A stretch of 64,000 nucleotides of DNA from Liolophura sinensis (lineage: Eukaryota): contig NC_088295.1 of assembly GCF_032854445.1 (NCBI RefSeq), forward strand, positions 32,018,510 through 32,082,509, in the 5' to 3' direction. The notes under the pieces were generated by a model. That model saw only the letters and a list, made by a program, of their open reading frames with translations, did no database searches and was not told the DNA's origin. Below, piece by piece: positions 1 to 13,600 of the stretch; the first letter of the stretch is position 1, and every line of letters begins with the position of its first letter. The position numbers and the translations under genes are program-made.

Positions 1-765
1 ATAAACACAGCAAAAGCTGGAAAATAGTTTATGCACATCCCTTTTACGATAATGGTTTTACCGGTGTTAATTGAATATTGATTTTATATATATATATTTT
101 GTTTTTGCAATCATTACATGTACATTATGTGTCACTAACAAGCACCACCCAGCCCTGCCAAACCTACCCTATTCAACTACATCTAGAGGAAGCTCAACAC
201 AAACCCTTATCCTACATGTACAAAACAACGACAGCTCACCTAAACAGGCTTGCTGCCAGGAGGCTTGATCTACGTGTAGACATTATCCTAGCTGACCACC
301 ACTGATTGTCACATTTATCATCGCATGTTTCACCCGCGACTAAAGTTGTCTGGAATCCCCATCACACAGCTCCACACAGCTCACTTGTCCACACATTTCA
401 CAGAGAGCTCTTGCATCCAGCTATTTAGGACGCTATATTTCAATTACAGTATTTTTACCTCAAATTCTGACCTTGACCAAGACACTGATTTTGCCTGACT
501 TTAAGAATTGTTTTCCGTATTAAGGCTTGTTTTTGATAAGCAGATATCTGGCTAAATTCTGAAGCAAATATTTTTTTATTTTACTTTTATTTTTTCATGA
601 GAATTCTTAGAGTAAAAACTCTACCTTTCTGTTCAGGACAAGTGACACAGGCCACTTCACCACATAGTCAAAGGAAAAGGACTCCAAGCCTGAGAGATGT
701 AAATCTGTCGGGTCAATTCTGTAATCTGAAAGACAGCAAGAGAAACACATCAATTTATATCCATT

Positions 766-1005
766 ACATTTATTTATTTACTTGATTGGTGTTTGGTGTT
801 TTACACCATACTCAAGAACATTACACTTATACGACAATGGCCAGCATTATGGTGTGAGGAAACCCAAGACCATCCCCAAGTTGCTGGTGGATCTTCCTAC
901 ATACAGCCGGCTGGACTTGATTTCACATTGACCACATCGGTGAGAGGCTCCTAGGTCATTACGCTGCACTAGTGCGCTAACAAACTGAGCCACGGAGACC
1001 CTCCC
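766..1005 (-). mobile_element. tRNA-derived SINE copy. Family consensus in its own orientation: GGGGCCTCCGTGGCTCAGTCGGTTAGCGCGCTAGCGCAGCGTAATGACCCAGGAGCCTCTCACCAATGCGGTCGCTGTGAGTTCAAGTCCAGCTCATGCTGGCTTCCTCTCCGGCCGTAAGTGGGAAGGTCT..CAGCAACCTGCGGATGGTCGTGGGTTTCCCCCGGGCTCTGCCCGGTTTCCTCCCACCATAATGCTGGCCGCCGTCGTATAAGTGAAATATTCTTGAGTACGGCGTAAAACACCAATCAAATAAATAAA
   Basis: near full-length copy, reverse orientation. Confidence 0.85.
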
Positions 1006-1618
1006 ATTTACTTGGCATTGGACTTAATAGTAAGTAGAGTAATAAATTTCAAAATTTTTATGTCAATAAAACAAACAGGAAGCATAAATAAAGTAATGTA
1101 TGAAGAATTTAAGGCCAAACAGTGACCTAAACGTCTTTATTCATGTGGTTGGAAGTCACAGTTTAGAGAACATATATGATGTTACATTCCAATCTTATGT
1201 CACACAAATATTATAACATCATGATTCACTAAAATACCACAGTAAGCTTTTCTGATCTGTCGAGAACGAGTAATCGGCCAATCATGAGCAGTACTTTTGG
1301 TCAACAGGGTGTCCTACACACTGGTTACAAATGTTTGATCTTTCTGTGGTGTCATGACATCACAACTGCTTTCACCAGGAATGAAATGGCAAGTAATGTT
1401 GTTGCTAGAAGAGGTGGTGTGACATCAGATGTATTTGACACATCCATTTATAGTCAACTTCATCATAACCACCAATAAAGTCGCACAGACATTCCTGACT
1501 GATTATTCTGGATCTTAAATGTCTAACAATTCTGAACTTAATATTACGGCAGCTAGGAACAAAATCATGTAAAATTGATCATAGTATTCCATGACACTGG
1601 CTTATAACTCAACATTAC

Positions 1619-4600
1619 CTTTCTCTAGTTTGGTTTCAATTGTAAGAATCTTGAACATCTGAGTTATTAGGTCATAAGGCAGCAAGTCAACCCTGTAAAG
1701 AAATGAAACAAAAAACTTTATTGCATGAATTTACACGTCATCTTTCTGTGAGTGCAAATATGTGAAGAAATATATTTCCACGAAATTAACATATTTCTGA
1801 TGAGGCTTTTAATATGAAACTAATATCAATCTGACCAATTGACAACCTCTATTAGGTTATCTGATGGATTTTGTTGTTCACATTACAATATTTTAAGGCC
1901 AATATACACAATGACCTGGACATACAGATTAACTGCCACAAGGCATTGAGCTTATTGCTAATTTAATCAGTGTCTGCCAACACTGGGATGGCCAGTGCCT
2001 GAGGAAGGCTTGCACCAGGAAGTGTCTCAGCTGAGAATTTACTTGAGGTCGTCTTTAAAGGGATCCACATTGGCTGTGCTTGTGCGTAGGGCCAGCTCTA
2101 GCAAGCTCTCAAGTCTGGTGGGTAAGATATGTAAACTTTGTCAAGGAAGAATCTGGCTAGTTTTAATCATCAGGTCATTTGACTGTAAGAAAACTGGGCA
2201 CAGCAGTATGTGACAAGGGTGAGGCACTATAATACATGATATCCTTCACCTGTCCCTGGAGGGTAACTGGAAATGGAATTGGCTGCAAGTGGGTCCCTCG
2301 CCACATTTAGTGCCTTGATTGCTCATATGACGTGTTGTTTTTATAATTAGCTCAACCTGCGAAAAGGAAATTGCTTTCACTGAATGTACAGCCCCCCTTA
2401 CAGCTTCACTACCTGTAGAATAAAACAGCAGAACCAAGATAGGATTGTCCTGAAATAGCTTTAGCACAGTCCCCTAATTGAATACATGCATACAAAGATA
2501 CTCTGTATTGAACACTGTGGCCAGTGAATTCAGGGACAATTTTTTCCTGTGAGGATACAAAGATTAGACAATTTAATATACGGCAACAAATCTCATCAAA
2601 CATTCTAAATTCACGCATCTATACCTATATCACACAAAAGATTCCCAAATTTCCCAAGGACTATTCTAGGCTATGATAGAATTATACTCCTCAGAGACAA
2701 GAATGTTATCCAACTGCAAATAGACTTAAAAAAAAAAAAAACTCAAATCCTCTATCCTGACAGAAAGAATGTTTTTAGAATTAGAAATGAATTACTAATG
2801 GTATTCATTTATAATAGGAAGAGTTTTTGCCTCATTCAAGAAAAACAAAACAATTGGGATCAATTCGAACCAAGACAAAGCTCTGACTCCCCAAACATCT
2901 CATCACTGCTATGGAATCCCTGGTAATTCACACAAACTCCAGTCTAGAAAAACTGTTTTTTCTGAAGAAAGATTTCTTCCTTTCCGGCACACCATACTGC
3001 AGCATCCTAGGACAGCCATGCAAATGCACTGCATCTGATCAAATTCCTAAGCTGACTGCATCTTTTTCAATCCATGCAACAATTCTCCTTAGGGTAGGGG
3101 GAGTATTTCATCTGACTGAATGGCTTACCACTTTCATGTTATCTTAAGATTCTGAGCACTGCACTACTAGTCAAGATTATTGGTTCACTTGCAAGACAGA
3201 ACGAGTCCCCATATTTTCTCGTATTAAACAACAGATTTTCTCATAGCCTGCATCAATGCTAAGGTTTTTTCACACAGTAATCCTAGGCATTCTGGCTAAC
3301 CCAATTTTCTCCAAGAACATCTTAGAGTAACACTGTGGCTAAAGACAGCTCATGACTTTCTTATACAGAAACCACTAACTCAATCAATCAAATTTATTAA
3401 TTTATTTGATTATTGATTTATTTATTTATTTGATTGGTGTTTTACGCGGTACTCAAGAATATTTCACTTATACGACGGCGGCCATCATTATGGTGGGTGG
3501 AAACCGGGCAGAGCCCAGGGGAAACCTATTTGATTATTGTATTACTCTGTACCGAAGAATATTTCACTTATACGACGGCGGCCAGCATTATGCTGGGTGG
3601 AAAATGGGCAAAGCCCAGGGGAAACCTATTTGATTATTGTATTACTCCGTACTGAAGAATATTTCACTTATACCACGACCATGGAGGCCCCTCAAACTGT
3701 TTGTTGCTTTCCCACTTCAACAAAATTTCTCAAAGAGTAAGCCCTGCCATGCTCAGTACATGTAGTACAATACAAAGATTTCTTTGTATTTGAAAACTTT
3801 CTAGGTGTGATTTGATTTGGGATTGATTTATTTATGTATTTGATTGATGTTTTACGCCGTACTCAAGAATATTTCACTTCTACGACGGCAACCAGCATTA
3901 TGGTGGGTGGAAACCAAACAGAGCCGGGGGAAACCCACAACCATCCACAGGCTGCTGACAGACCTTCCCTTGTATGTGATTCGTGATTGAACCACGTCAT
4001 GTATCTACCAATTATAACGCTATAAGTGAAATATTCTTGAGTACGGCATAAAACACCATAAAAAAAAAAAAAAAAAAAAAAAACCAATTATAACGCAGCC
4101 AGAAAATAGGCATTTTGACAAACAGCTCTAGGGCTTAACAATATATGCAAAGGATATCATCAATGTTTTGTTTCATTTCCTCCTCTGTCATGTCCATAAA
4201 CTGAACAATGAAGTCTCCCTTGTCCAGCAGGAAATAGTGTTTGATAGATCTGGAATAAGAAGAATATAACTGAAAAATCCCACAGCCACTGATCACTCAG
4301 ATATTTCATTTGATCACAATATCTGATTGGTGTTTTATGCTGTACTCAAATATATTTCACTTATATGTAGGCGACCAGCATTATAGTTAAAGAAAACCGG
4401 GCAGAGTTTGTGGGAAACACATGACCATCTGCAGGTTACTGGAAGACCTTCCCACGTACACCCAGAGAGGAAGCCAGCATGTCCCTCACATAGGACATAC
4501 AGATTTCCTTCTGGAAAGGAAACTGGTACACCTGTACTTGACCCCTGGACTAGCCCATAAAGGCAGATACATGCAGGTATGTTACTATCACATGAATCAT

Positions 4601-7600
4601 ACTGCAAATCACCTACCTGGACAATTTTCTCTGCACATATATTTACATGTATTAACTTGAGCCAGGATTATAGCTGTACTCAAGAATACTACTCTGTATT
4701 CAAACATGGTGTTTCTTATCATCTTACATCTAAAAGAGCTATTTAACCTTAACATAAGATTGGTCCTTATTTCTGATATTATTCTTATGTAAATATGTAT
4801 TCCAAAACTGAGACCGTGTTCGACACAAAAATTCAACCACATAAAAAAAAAAAAAAGGTATCAAAGCCAAGACTAATTCTGTACTGAACTTCACTACATG
4901 TATCACCAGGAAAAGAAGCCATCAAAAGTCTTCCTCACAAAAATCTGACCCATTTCACACAGCTGAACCCTTAAATATATGCAGCATATCGTTAAAATTT
5001 TCAATATCTCATTGCATGTGAGGGCAGTACAATTTCAGCCAAGTTCCAGCATCCAACTTCAAATATTTCCTTTTGTAAAGAACTTTTAAGTTTCAGACTT
5101 AAGCCCAAAATGGCTTTACGAAACAGATCCCTGTCCTGCCAATCCCTGCCAGAATAATCAAATTGGGAAGACACATGTCGGAAGAGAAACAATTTCTGTC
5201 TCACAAAGACAGATGTTCTCATCACCTAGTGTGGCACTGACGGATACCTACCCTATCACAAGTACTCCAGGCCCCAGGGTCACGAAGGGATCTTAGGTTT
5301 AAGTCAGAATGTCAATCATTAAAATTGGTATCTTCCTTTTCATTATTTTAGCCGAAATTTGAAGTACAATAACTTACCTACACTCTACCTTGTCAAGCAA
5401 CATTTTGATCCTGTTTCATAAGAAATAACAAGTGCACTGAAGTTTTAACTAAAGTTTAAGATCGCTTCATGATCCTGGAGCCTGCCCTACACCTATTCAG
5501 CACGTGTTAATAATACCTACATTTGCATACCTGTAACTGTACACGTGCATCTGGGCCTCATTACTTCAAGGGTGCTTGAACACTCACCTTTTGTACCTCA
5601 TAATTAGGAAGTCTCTGATCTACATCCTGCTCCTACATGTACTTCAACCTTAACCTAATAACGTGTAATTTGTTACCCTTATTAGTGTCACTACATTGTC
5701 TCAACCTGCAGAGGGTAATGAAGAAGATTACCATACTCTTTCCATACTTCCAAGATGTACAGCTTGTCTGAAGTTCATTGATCACGCAACTAGAGATCTA
5801 TCAATCATTATTTTTCTCTCATGTTCTTATGTCAGTGAACACAGGTGCCTGTTTTTTGACCCAGCATGTCCTTGAGTGTCTATCCATGTCAGGGATCAGA
5901 CATGACATAAGATGTAAAGAGAGCAGACTGTGAAATGTCAGACACATAAAACAGCTACATCTATCAGTAACAGAAAACAGAGTCTCCCTGAGGAAGTCAA
6001 CCATCAGACGAAGCCAAGTTGGGAGGGCACCTTGATAAGGAAATACAATCTTTGTCTGTTCTGTGAACAAGGGTCAGAAATCAAACACTAATGGCTCTAA
6101 AGGAATACTAACTCCTAATTAAATATACCATCAGACAGATGGCAAGCTATGCGGACTGTCCTGGAAACGAATACAGAAATGTTTGGATAATGCCTTTAAT
6201 ACCAGTACCACACATTTATAGGTGTACAAGTGCCACTGGGCCCAGTTTCACAAACCTCTCTTAACGTTACGCGCTCACAACTACCATGACAATGTACTGC
6301 CTACAGTTCCGGTCGCTGTGGTAGTTAAGTTAACATAACATTAAGGGTGCTTCGTGAAATAAAACAATAAAAAATAAAATAACAACACTGATCACAGAAT
6401 CAGGTACCTGACATGTTGACTGCCTAGACATGGCAGAAGGAATACTGCTCTTCTACTGGTTGATATTCTAGAGCTTAACATTAGTACTGGTGGCTCGAGC
6501 TTTCAAGCTAAGAATACTGGATCTTTCAGCTTATATTTGTACGTTATATTATTATTATCTTATATTAAAACATTCGCTCTAATGGAAATAGACGCAGGAC
6601 AATAGACTGCATCATATGCCTCTAATTTGCGACTGAACTGCTCGTCAACAGTGAGATTTATTTATCTGACTGGTGTTTTACACCATACTCAAGAATATTT
6701 CATTCATACGGGCAGGGCCCTGGGGAAGCCCATGACATCTGCAGGTTGTGGGCAGACCTTCCCACATATGGCTGGAGAGGATGTCAGCATGAGCTGGACT
6801 TGAACTCACGGTGACCACCACTGGTGAGAGGCTCCTGGGTTATCGCGCCGCTCTGGAGTGGTTAACCCCTGAGGAACCCTCAATAGTGATACACAATTGT
6901 ATCACTGTATGACTGTAACACACAGCAATGCCGATATATGTAAACTCAATTGTGTGACCAATGTACCTAGCTTTGACCAGAATGAGACATCACTGGTTGA
7001 GCTGTTTTTGGTAGCCATCCTGTGCAAGCAATTATATGGTTTTGGTGGTAGGAACCTTGAACTGAAGGTCAATAATATGACAAATGCAAAAGAAACTTCT
7101 TATACCATGCTATATAAAGAGTGAAATCAGTGCTTCAATAACAGAAAAAATATGTCAATTTAATTGGATAACACTTGTTTTCCCACCAACAAGCTTAGCA
7201 TAGCCCAAAACAATGAAAAGTTGCATATTTAACGTGTCTATATTTCGACAAAATTTTATGTCATATGAAAATGACAAATTGAATTTTGTCGGAAAACCCA
7301 ACTGTCAATTTTGTCGAATTCCTAAACGTCAAATAAGCAACTTCTTAGATTTTTCAGAGTATCCATAATTTTGCACTATGTTAAGTGGATAAGTTCCGCA
7401 TCTGATCAATAAAATGCAGAACTACTGAATTCAAATTTTAAATCATTGAGCATATGATTTTTTTTTTTTTTTTTTTTGGATTGGTGTTTTACGCCATACT
7501 CAAGAATATTTCACTAATACGACGGCAGCCCAGCATTATGGTGGGTGGAAACCGGGCAGAGCCCGGGGGAAACCCACGACCATCCGCAGGTTGCTGAAAG

Positions 7601-10600
7601 ACCTTCCCACTTACGGCCGGAGAGGAAGCCAGCATGAGCTGGACTTGAGCTCACAGCGACCGCATTGGTGAGAGGCTCCTGGGTCATTACGCTGCGCTAG
7701 CGCACTAACCGACTGAGCCACGGAGGCCCCTTGAGCATATGAAGTGACTTTTCAAGAGAAATTCATATATTAGGGGGGAAAAGATTGCATTAAAACGTTA
7801 GGGTAGCTTTCTCAACGAATAAAGCAAAATTAACACTATTTAAGGATGATGCAAACTCCCAGACAAACTGTTTCACTCTGACACAAGGAAATTTACCGAG
7901 CTGGTTATATTAGCCACTCACAAAGGCCAAGTTCATTGAAGACTTTATACAGCCTCCATCCCTGAAAAGGTTAGCCAGAGGCCACAATAATCAATACTGC
8001 AGACCTGGTTAAGACACTAATCAGGGTAAATTCACAGCTCGGCACATGTCATTCATTGTGACTGTCACTAATTATTGCCATCAGGAACGATTCCTCGTGA
8101 TTATGGACTGAGAAAGGAGAGTCTTGGAAATGAATACTTCAGGAATTGCCCTGCCTTAATAAGCTCAACAACCCGACAACATCTAAGAGGGTACATATGG
8201 AGGAACTTCGACTGAGGGAATTTATATCTTTTGTAAGGAGTGAGGTGAAATGTCAAGAGTGCTAGGAGATCTGACCTGCTCACAGATGAACCCAAAGATG
8301 GATCTCCAAGGCAACAACATTATTTATATTTAGGCAATATGCAATAAATCAAATTAAGATTAAACTGCATTCATTTCTTCTGCTGAAAGAGTGAAATTTT
8401 TCTAACTACGGCTTGAAAGGCAAAACCAAAGAATCATAACACGAGTACATAGTAAATAAAAAAATTTCAAAAGCACATACTTTATCCTGGCAATAAGTTG
8501 CTTTTCCTCCATTAACAGCTGAAGCAGTAGCTTGCTTGCATAGTTAAACGCCTTCTCTATCTGGTCAAAGTATTTTCTGTCTTTCAAAGTGTACTCAATC
8601 TCAACTGCGCTTGGGAATTTCACATCACGACCTGACAAACAGACAGCAAAAGCACAAAAACACTTCAATTAAATTCTCTGACAAACTTCATAGGTTAAAT
8701 AAATCAGGCACATTATCACTTCAAAATACATAATGAACGGAGTGGTACAACTGCTTAGTAAAGCAAGGGAGAGAACTTTACAATAATACTTCAAACAATT
8801 TAAAAACTTTGTGGGAGCGAGTAAGTACCATTTAATCCGTTATATTGTCTTACTTGTAATAATAAGAAAGTGTTTTGGCACATTTAGAATGAAGGTCTTC
8901 AGAGGATTAAAAATCGGACTGTGATTTAACCCAGAGGATACATATTACTGGACTTATCATTTACTCAATGCTAAGCAAACATTTAAGAAGATTGCATCTC
9001 CAAAGAAAGTCACAGCCCTAGACCAAATGTATATATTCAGCCTTTAAAAATCTCACAGCCAGTCTAAAAAGCAGAACTTTTGATATTTGTGATGTTGTAC
9101 AATTGAGATATTGGAGTTCAAATTATGCAAAATCAAGCAGATTGGACACTGTTATGTTTTATCCAATAAGTTGTCACGGTGGGCTACAAGTGAGACATAT
9201 TTCCGGTTGCCATAACATGGCGCATCACGTGGCCTCATAAGAATTCCTTATTAGAAGTTGATTTTTACATTTACCAAGCACATCGGAAAACAATGTGTGT
9301 GTTAGGGTCTGGTTTTACCCCACTTCCCTCAATATGTCAGGTTAAAAAAAAAAAAAAAAAATTGCATTAAAACTGAACTGAATTCCTGATCATGCGTGTA
9401 CATACCACAGAGTCGTACCACATTCAAATATTTGCCAGTGTTTAGTATTTTATCAGCAACTTGTTCCAAAAATACTGGTATCCTTTCCCTGCAGATTGTG
9501 TAATGCTGCTCCCAGTACGTGAGGTTGCATTAAGGAAGATATACATTATTTGAGGGGGAAATGTTAAGTACATGAATGATCAACACCAACAGATACACAG
9601 TTGTAGTCTCTGAAGTTATCATAAAGATGTTCAAGAATAAAGTTTTAATCTATTAATGCTCTTCAATTCCGAAGAAAACAATGAACCACAATAAATCCTG
9701 CTGGTGTTATTGGCTGACGATTAAAATGTATATGCTGAATAGAAAAGGATATGCATCGTTGTATTCCTCCTGAAGTTTCTCTTTCTGTATGGTCTCATTT
9801 TCTTCCACCAAAAACTTAAATAAAGCATAAAGAATTACAGAACATGTCACTAATTCTGATTTCTCTAAACCTGCCAACTTTTCTCTTACATTAAAAACTT
9901 ACACTTCCAAAAGACTCAATGTAAACATGACAACTGTGGTATCGAATGAAAGATGACTGAGTAGTATTTTTTTTTTTTTTTTGATTGGTGTTTTACGCCG
10001 TACTCAAGAATATTTTCACTTATACGACGGCGGTCAGCATTATGGTGGGTGGAACCCACGACCATTCGCAGGTTGCTGAAAGACCTTCTCACGTACGGCC
10101 AGAGAGGAAGCCAGCATCAGCTGGACTTGAACTCACAGCGACCGCATTGGTGAGAGACTCCTGGGTCATTACGCTGCGCTAGTGCTTTAACCGACTGAGC
10201 CACGGAGGCCCCCGACCGAGTAGTGAAGGTCTCATGCAACCTAATATTAAAATCCTTGTCACAACCTACCTCAGAGTACGGATCTGAAACTATTCCTTTG
10301 TAGATCCATTTTTCCAGAATTTCAAAGTATGGAACACAGGCCTGGAATAAAATTAAAATAATATACAGCGAAAAGTGCACATCAGGCCGAGTGAGTCTAA
10401 TCATTCCTTCCAATGATGAAAACATACAAATATAAATACTTACAGCCTGAGTGAGGTACAGACAAAGATCTTGGCCTTTCCCATCACTGAAATGAAAGTT
10501 TTGAAGAGGTATATTAACAGAACTTCAGATAATCACATCTAATCAGACCCTCAGCAAACACTGATGTATCACCCCAGCAAACACTGATGTATCACCCCAG

Positions 10601-13600
10601 CAAACACTGATGTATCAAGCCCAGCAAAACCCTCATGTATCCCCCCAGCAAACACTGATGTATCAAGCCCAGCAAAACCCTCATGTATCACCCCAGCAAA
10701 CACTGATGTATCACCCCAGCAAACACTGATGTATCAAGCCCAGCAAAACCCTCATGTATCGCCCCAGCAAACACTGATGTATCAAGCCCAGCAAAACCCT
10801 CATGTATCCCCCCAGCAAACACTGATGTATCAAGCCCAGCAAAACCCTCATGTATCACCCCAGCAAACACTGATGTATCACCCCAGCAAACACTGATGTA
10901 TCAAGCCCAGCAAAACCCTCATGTATCGCCCCAGCAAACACTGATGTATCACCCCAGCAAACACTGATGTATCAAGCCCAGCAAAACCCTCAAGTATCAC
11001 CCCAGCAAACACTGGTGTATCAACCCAGCAAAGCCAGATGTATCACCCCAGCAAACACTGATGTATCACCCCAGCAAACACTGATAATCATCCTAACAAA
11101 CCCTAATGTATCACCCCAGCAAACCCTGATGTATCACCCCAGCAAACACTGATGTATCACCCCAGCAAACTGATCAGGGCCTCACTGGTCAAGGGTCTGA
11201 GGGCTTCAGCAAACACTGATGTATCACCCTAGCAAACCCTAATGCATCACCCCAGCAAACTCTGATGTATCACCCCAGCAAACAGCAAACTCACCAGGGC
11301 CTCACAGGTCAAGGGCCTGAGGGCTTCAGCAAACACTGATGTATCACCCCAGTAAACACTGATGTATCACCCCAGCAAACTCATCAGAGCCGCACTGGTC
11401 AAGGGCCTGAAGGCTTCAGCAAACGCTGATGTATCACCCCAGCAAACCCTGATGTATCTCCCCAGCAACCACTGATGTATCACCCCAGCAAACCCTGATG
11501 TATCACCCCAGCAACCACTGGTGTATCAACCCAGCAGACAGTAATGTATCAACCCAGCAAACACTAATGTATCACCCCAGCAAACTCATCAGGGCCTCAC
11601 TGGTAAAGGGCCTGAGGGCTTCAGCAAACACTGATGTATCACCCAGCAAACCCTGATGTATCACCCCAGCTAACACTGATGTATCATTCTTTCAAACTCA
11701 TCAGGACCTCACTGGTCAAGGGCCTGAGGGCTTCAGTAAACACTGATGTATCACCCCAGCAAACCCTGATGTATCACCCCAGCAAACACTGATGTATCAC
11801 CCCAGCAAACAGTGATGTATCAAGCCCAGCAAAACCCTCATGTATCACCCCAGCAAACTTATCAGGGCCTCATTAGTCAAGGGCCTGGGGGGTTCAGCAA
11901 ACAACACAATGAATGACTAAGTCAGTGACAACAATCCACAATCACCATTACATTCAGATGTAAACAATTTTCAACTGCTAAAACCTTGGGAACTTATAAA
12001 ACCAAGTTACAAATCATGCATACACTCACCCAATCAAACTTGATGTTTTCTCATGAAGAAGACTTAAAATTGCACCTCCAATACACTCTCCCTACAAGAA
12101 TGCAAATAAAAATAATAAAATACGAAGCCCAAATAATATCTTTAATATTTATTTAATAAGATTTACATAGCCTCAAGTAATTACAAAATGAAAGAAAAAA
12201 AGGGTTTTTTATTTATTATTTATTTGATTTTTACGCCGTACTCAATGATATTTCATTTATACGATGGTGGCCAGCATTATGGAGGGAAAAAACCGTGGAG
12301 ACCCTGGGGGAACACCATGACCATACACAGGTTGCTGGCAGATCTTCCCACGTACAAAACAAAAAAATAAAAACAGCATTTATTAAGTTGTTACCATAAT
12401 TTTTCAACCTTTTTGCATTGCAACTGGCCAATCTAAATATGTAGTTTTGTCTCCAAAATCAAGTTGAAAATGTGCATAAATGGCACTGAAAGTTGCTGTT
12501 TCATAGGCAAAAAGGCTGAGGAATTAGTGTATTAATAGCGAACACATTTCACAGGTGAGTTCGTCACAGAACCTTACCCTGTTGACTGAGTTAGCCACAG
12601 AGGCCAGAAGACCTAAGGTGTGGAAGGTGGGCTGAAGGTAAAACCATAACTTCTGCAGGACAAATTCTCCTGACAAGAACAAACCGGCATCATCACAGTA
12701 AATACAGGTTCAAATACACTCTTCATCCCTATGACATTCCTACCTTTTCGCGTTTCAGAGGACAGGTACATCATATGACTACATAATACACATGCGCCAA
12801 GTTACACCACATTACTGAGTACTGCCTCTGATACGGCCGATTCTACAAAGCCATTTCTCAACTTAATTCAAAATTGAGACAGAATTTTAGAGTGCCAAGT
12901 TTAACTTTCAGTTTAGATATCTAAGCACTATGACGAGAGTTTTCACCCAAGTCAGTAATGGCTTTGTAGAATTAGTCTGTGGACTAATTCCTAAATCAAT
13001 ACATTCACTACTTAGTTTATTTGTACACTACAAGAACACTTCTGCAGGTTGCTAGTATCATCACAGTTGACACAATTCTATGTTAATACTTCTACTACTT
13101 GTCAGAATGTTGTGATCACAATCCATCAGACTAAGAACATAAAGACCAATTATGCCCTCACTGACCTTCCTCAGTTGGCGCTCCAGCTGAGCCACTAGAA
13201 TAGTGTAGTCCTACAAACAGGGAAAACAATATACGTGTACAGCTACAAATGTCTAAAGTGCAAGGCAGTTAATATACAACTAAAGGACAATCCAGCATGG
13301 TAACAGAACAAACCCAAAATTATTGAAAGAATATGTATAGAACATATGTAAGAACACACATAGATTAAATGTAAATATTCATTGCACCTGAGCTTTCAGA
13401 ATCCTGGGAGTTCAAAGGTAGTACTAATGCACTACGTGTACAGTGTAAAGACTGAACAATAACGCAATATTAATTAGGCCAATAATTAGGTACCACGATC
13501 GAAGTGAGGGTCGCAAAAAAATCCCCAGTCAAACATAGCTGTGTCCTTTGTTTTGGTGTTGATAAACAGATCAGCAGAAACAAAACAGATGAAGAAGCTT

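Larger units (their letters stand above)
2131..4157 (-). other. U12-type (AT-AC) intron of TUBGCP2, between exons 4158..4249 and 2043..2130
   Basis: The intron begins ATATCCTTTGC, an exact match to the minor-spliceosome 5'ss consensus /ATATCCTTT. TTCCTTGAC, a branch-site-like match to TCCTTAAC, lies 10 nt upstream of a 3' terminal AC. Only this AT-AC solution restores the frame: ...KQNID|D|ILPTRLESLLELAL... aligns to human ...KPVEDITPPRLEALLELAL.... No GT-AG pair does. Confidence 0.7.

Noticed and set aside
1284-1478. Plus-strand 64-aa ORF, and minus-strand translation VDYKWMCQIHL on the same DNA, as the next TUBGCP2 exon
   Set aside because: There is only weak, gapped resemblance to the expected GCP2 segment (FDYIVKWPLSLII). 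No consistent splice sites were found. The downstream TUBGCP2 exons are left unannotated rather than forced.
3406-3740. Overlapping ORFs encoding ...RTQEYFTYTTAA.IMVGG... and similar (also 9985..10182, 12188..12431, 38417..38691, 43335..43611, 53351..53904, 54102..54925)
   Set aside because: All are read-through translations of SINE copies in either orientation. The same peptide recurs wherever the SINE occurs.
5001-5225. Minus-strand ORF as a candidate TUBGCP2 exon
   Set aside because: The translation does not align to GCP2, and the flanking U12-intron solution joins 4158..4249 directly to 2043..2130.
10688-11152. ORFs with repeated FAG(G/V)IHEGFAGLDTSV / NPQVSPQQTL motifs
   Set aside because: They are generated by the minisatellite at 10548..11898.
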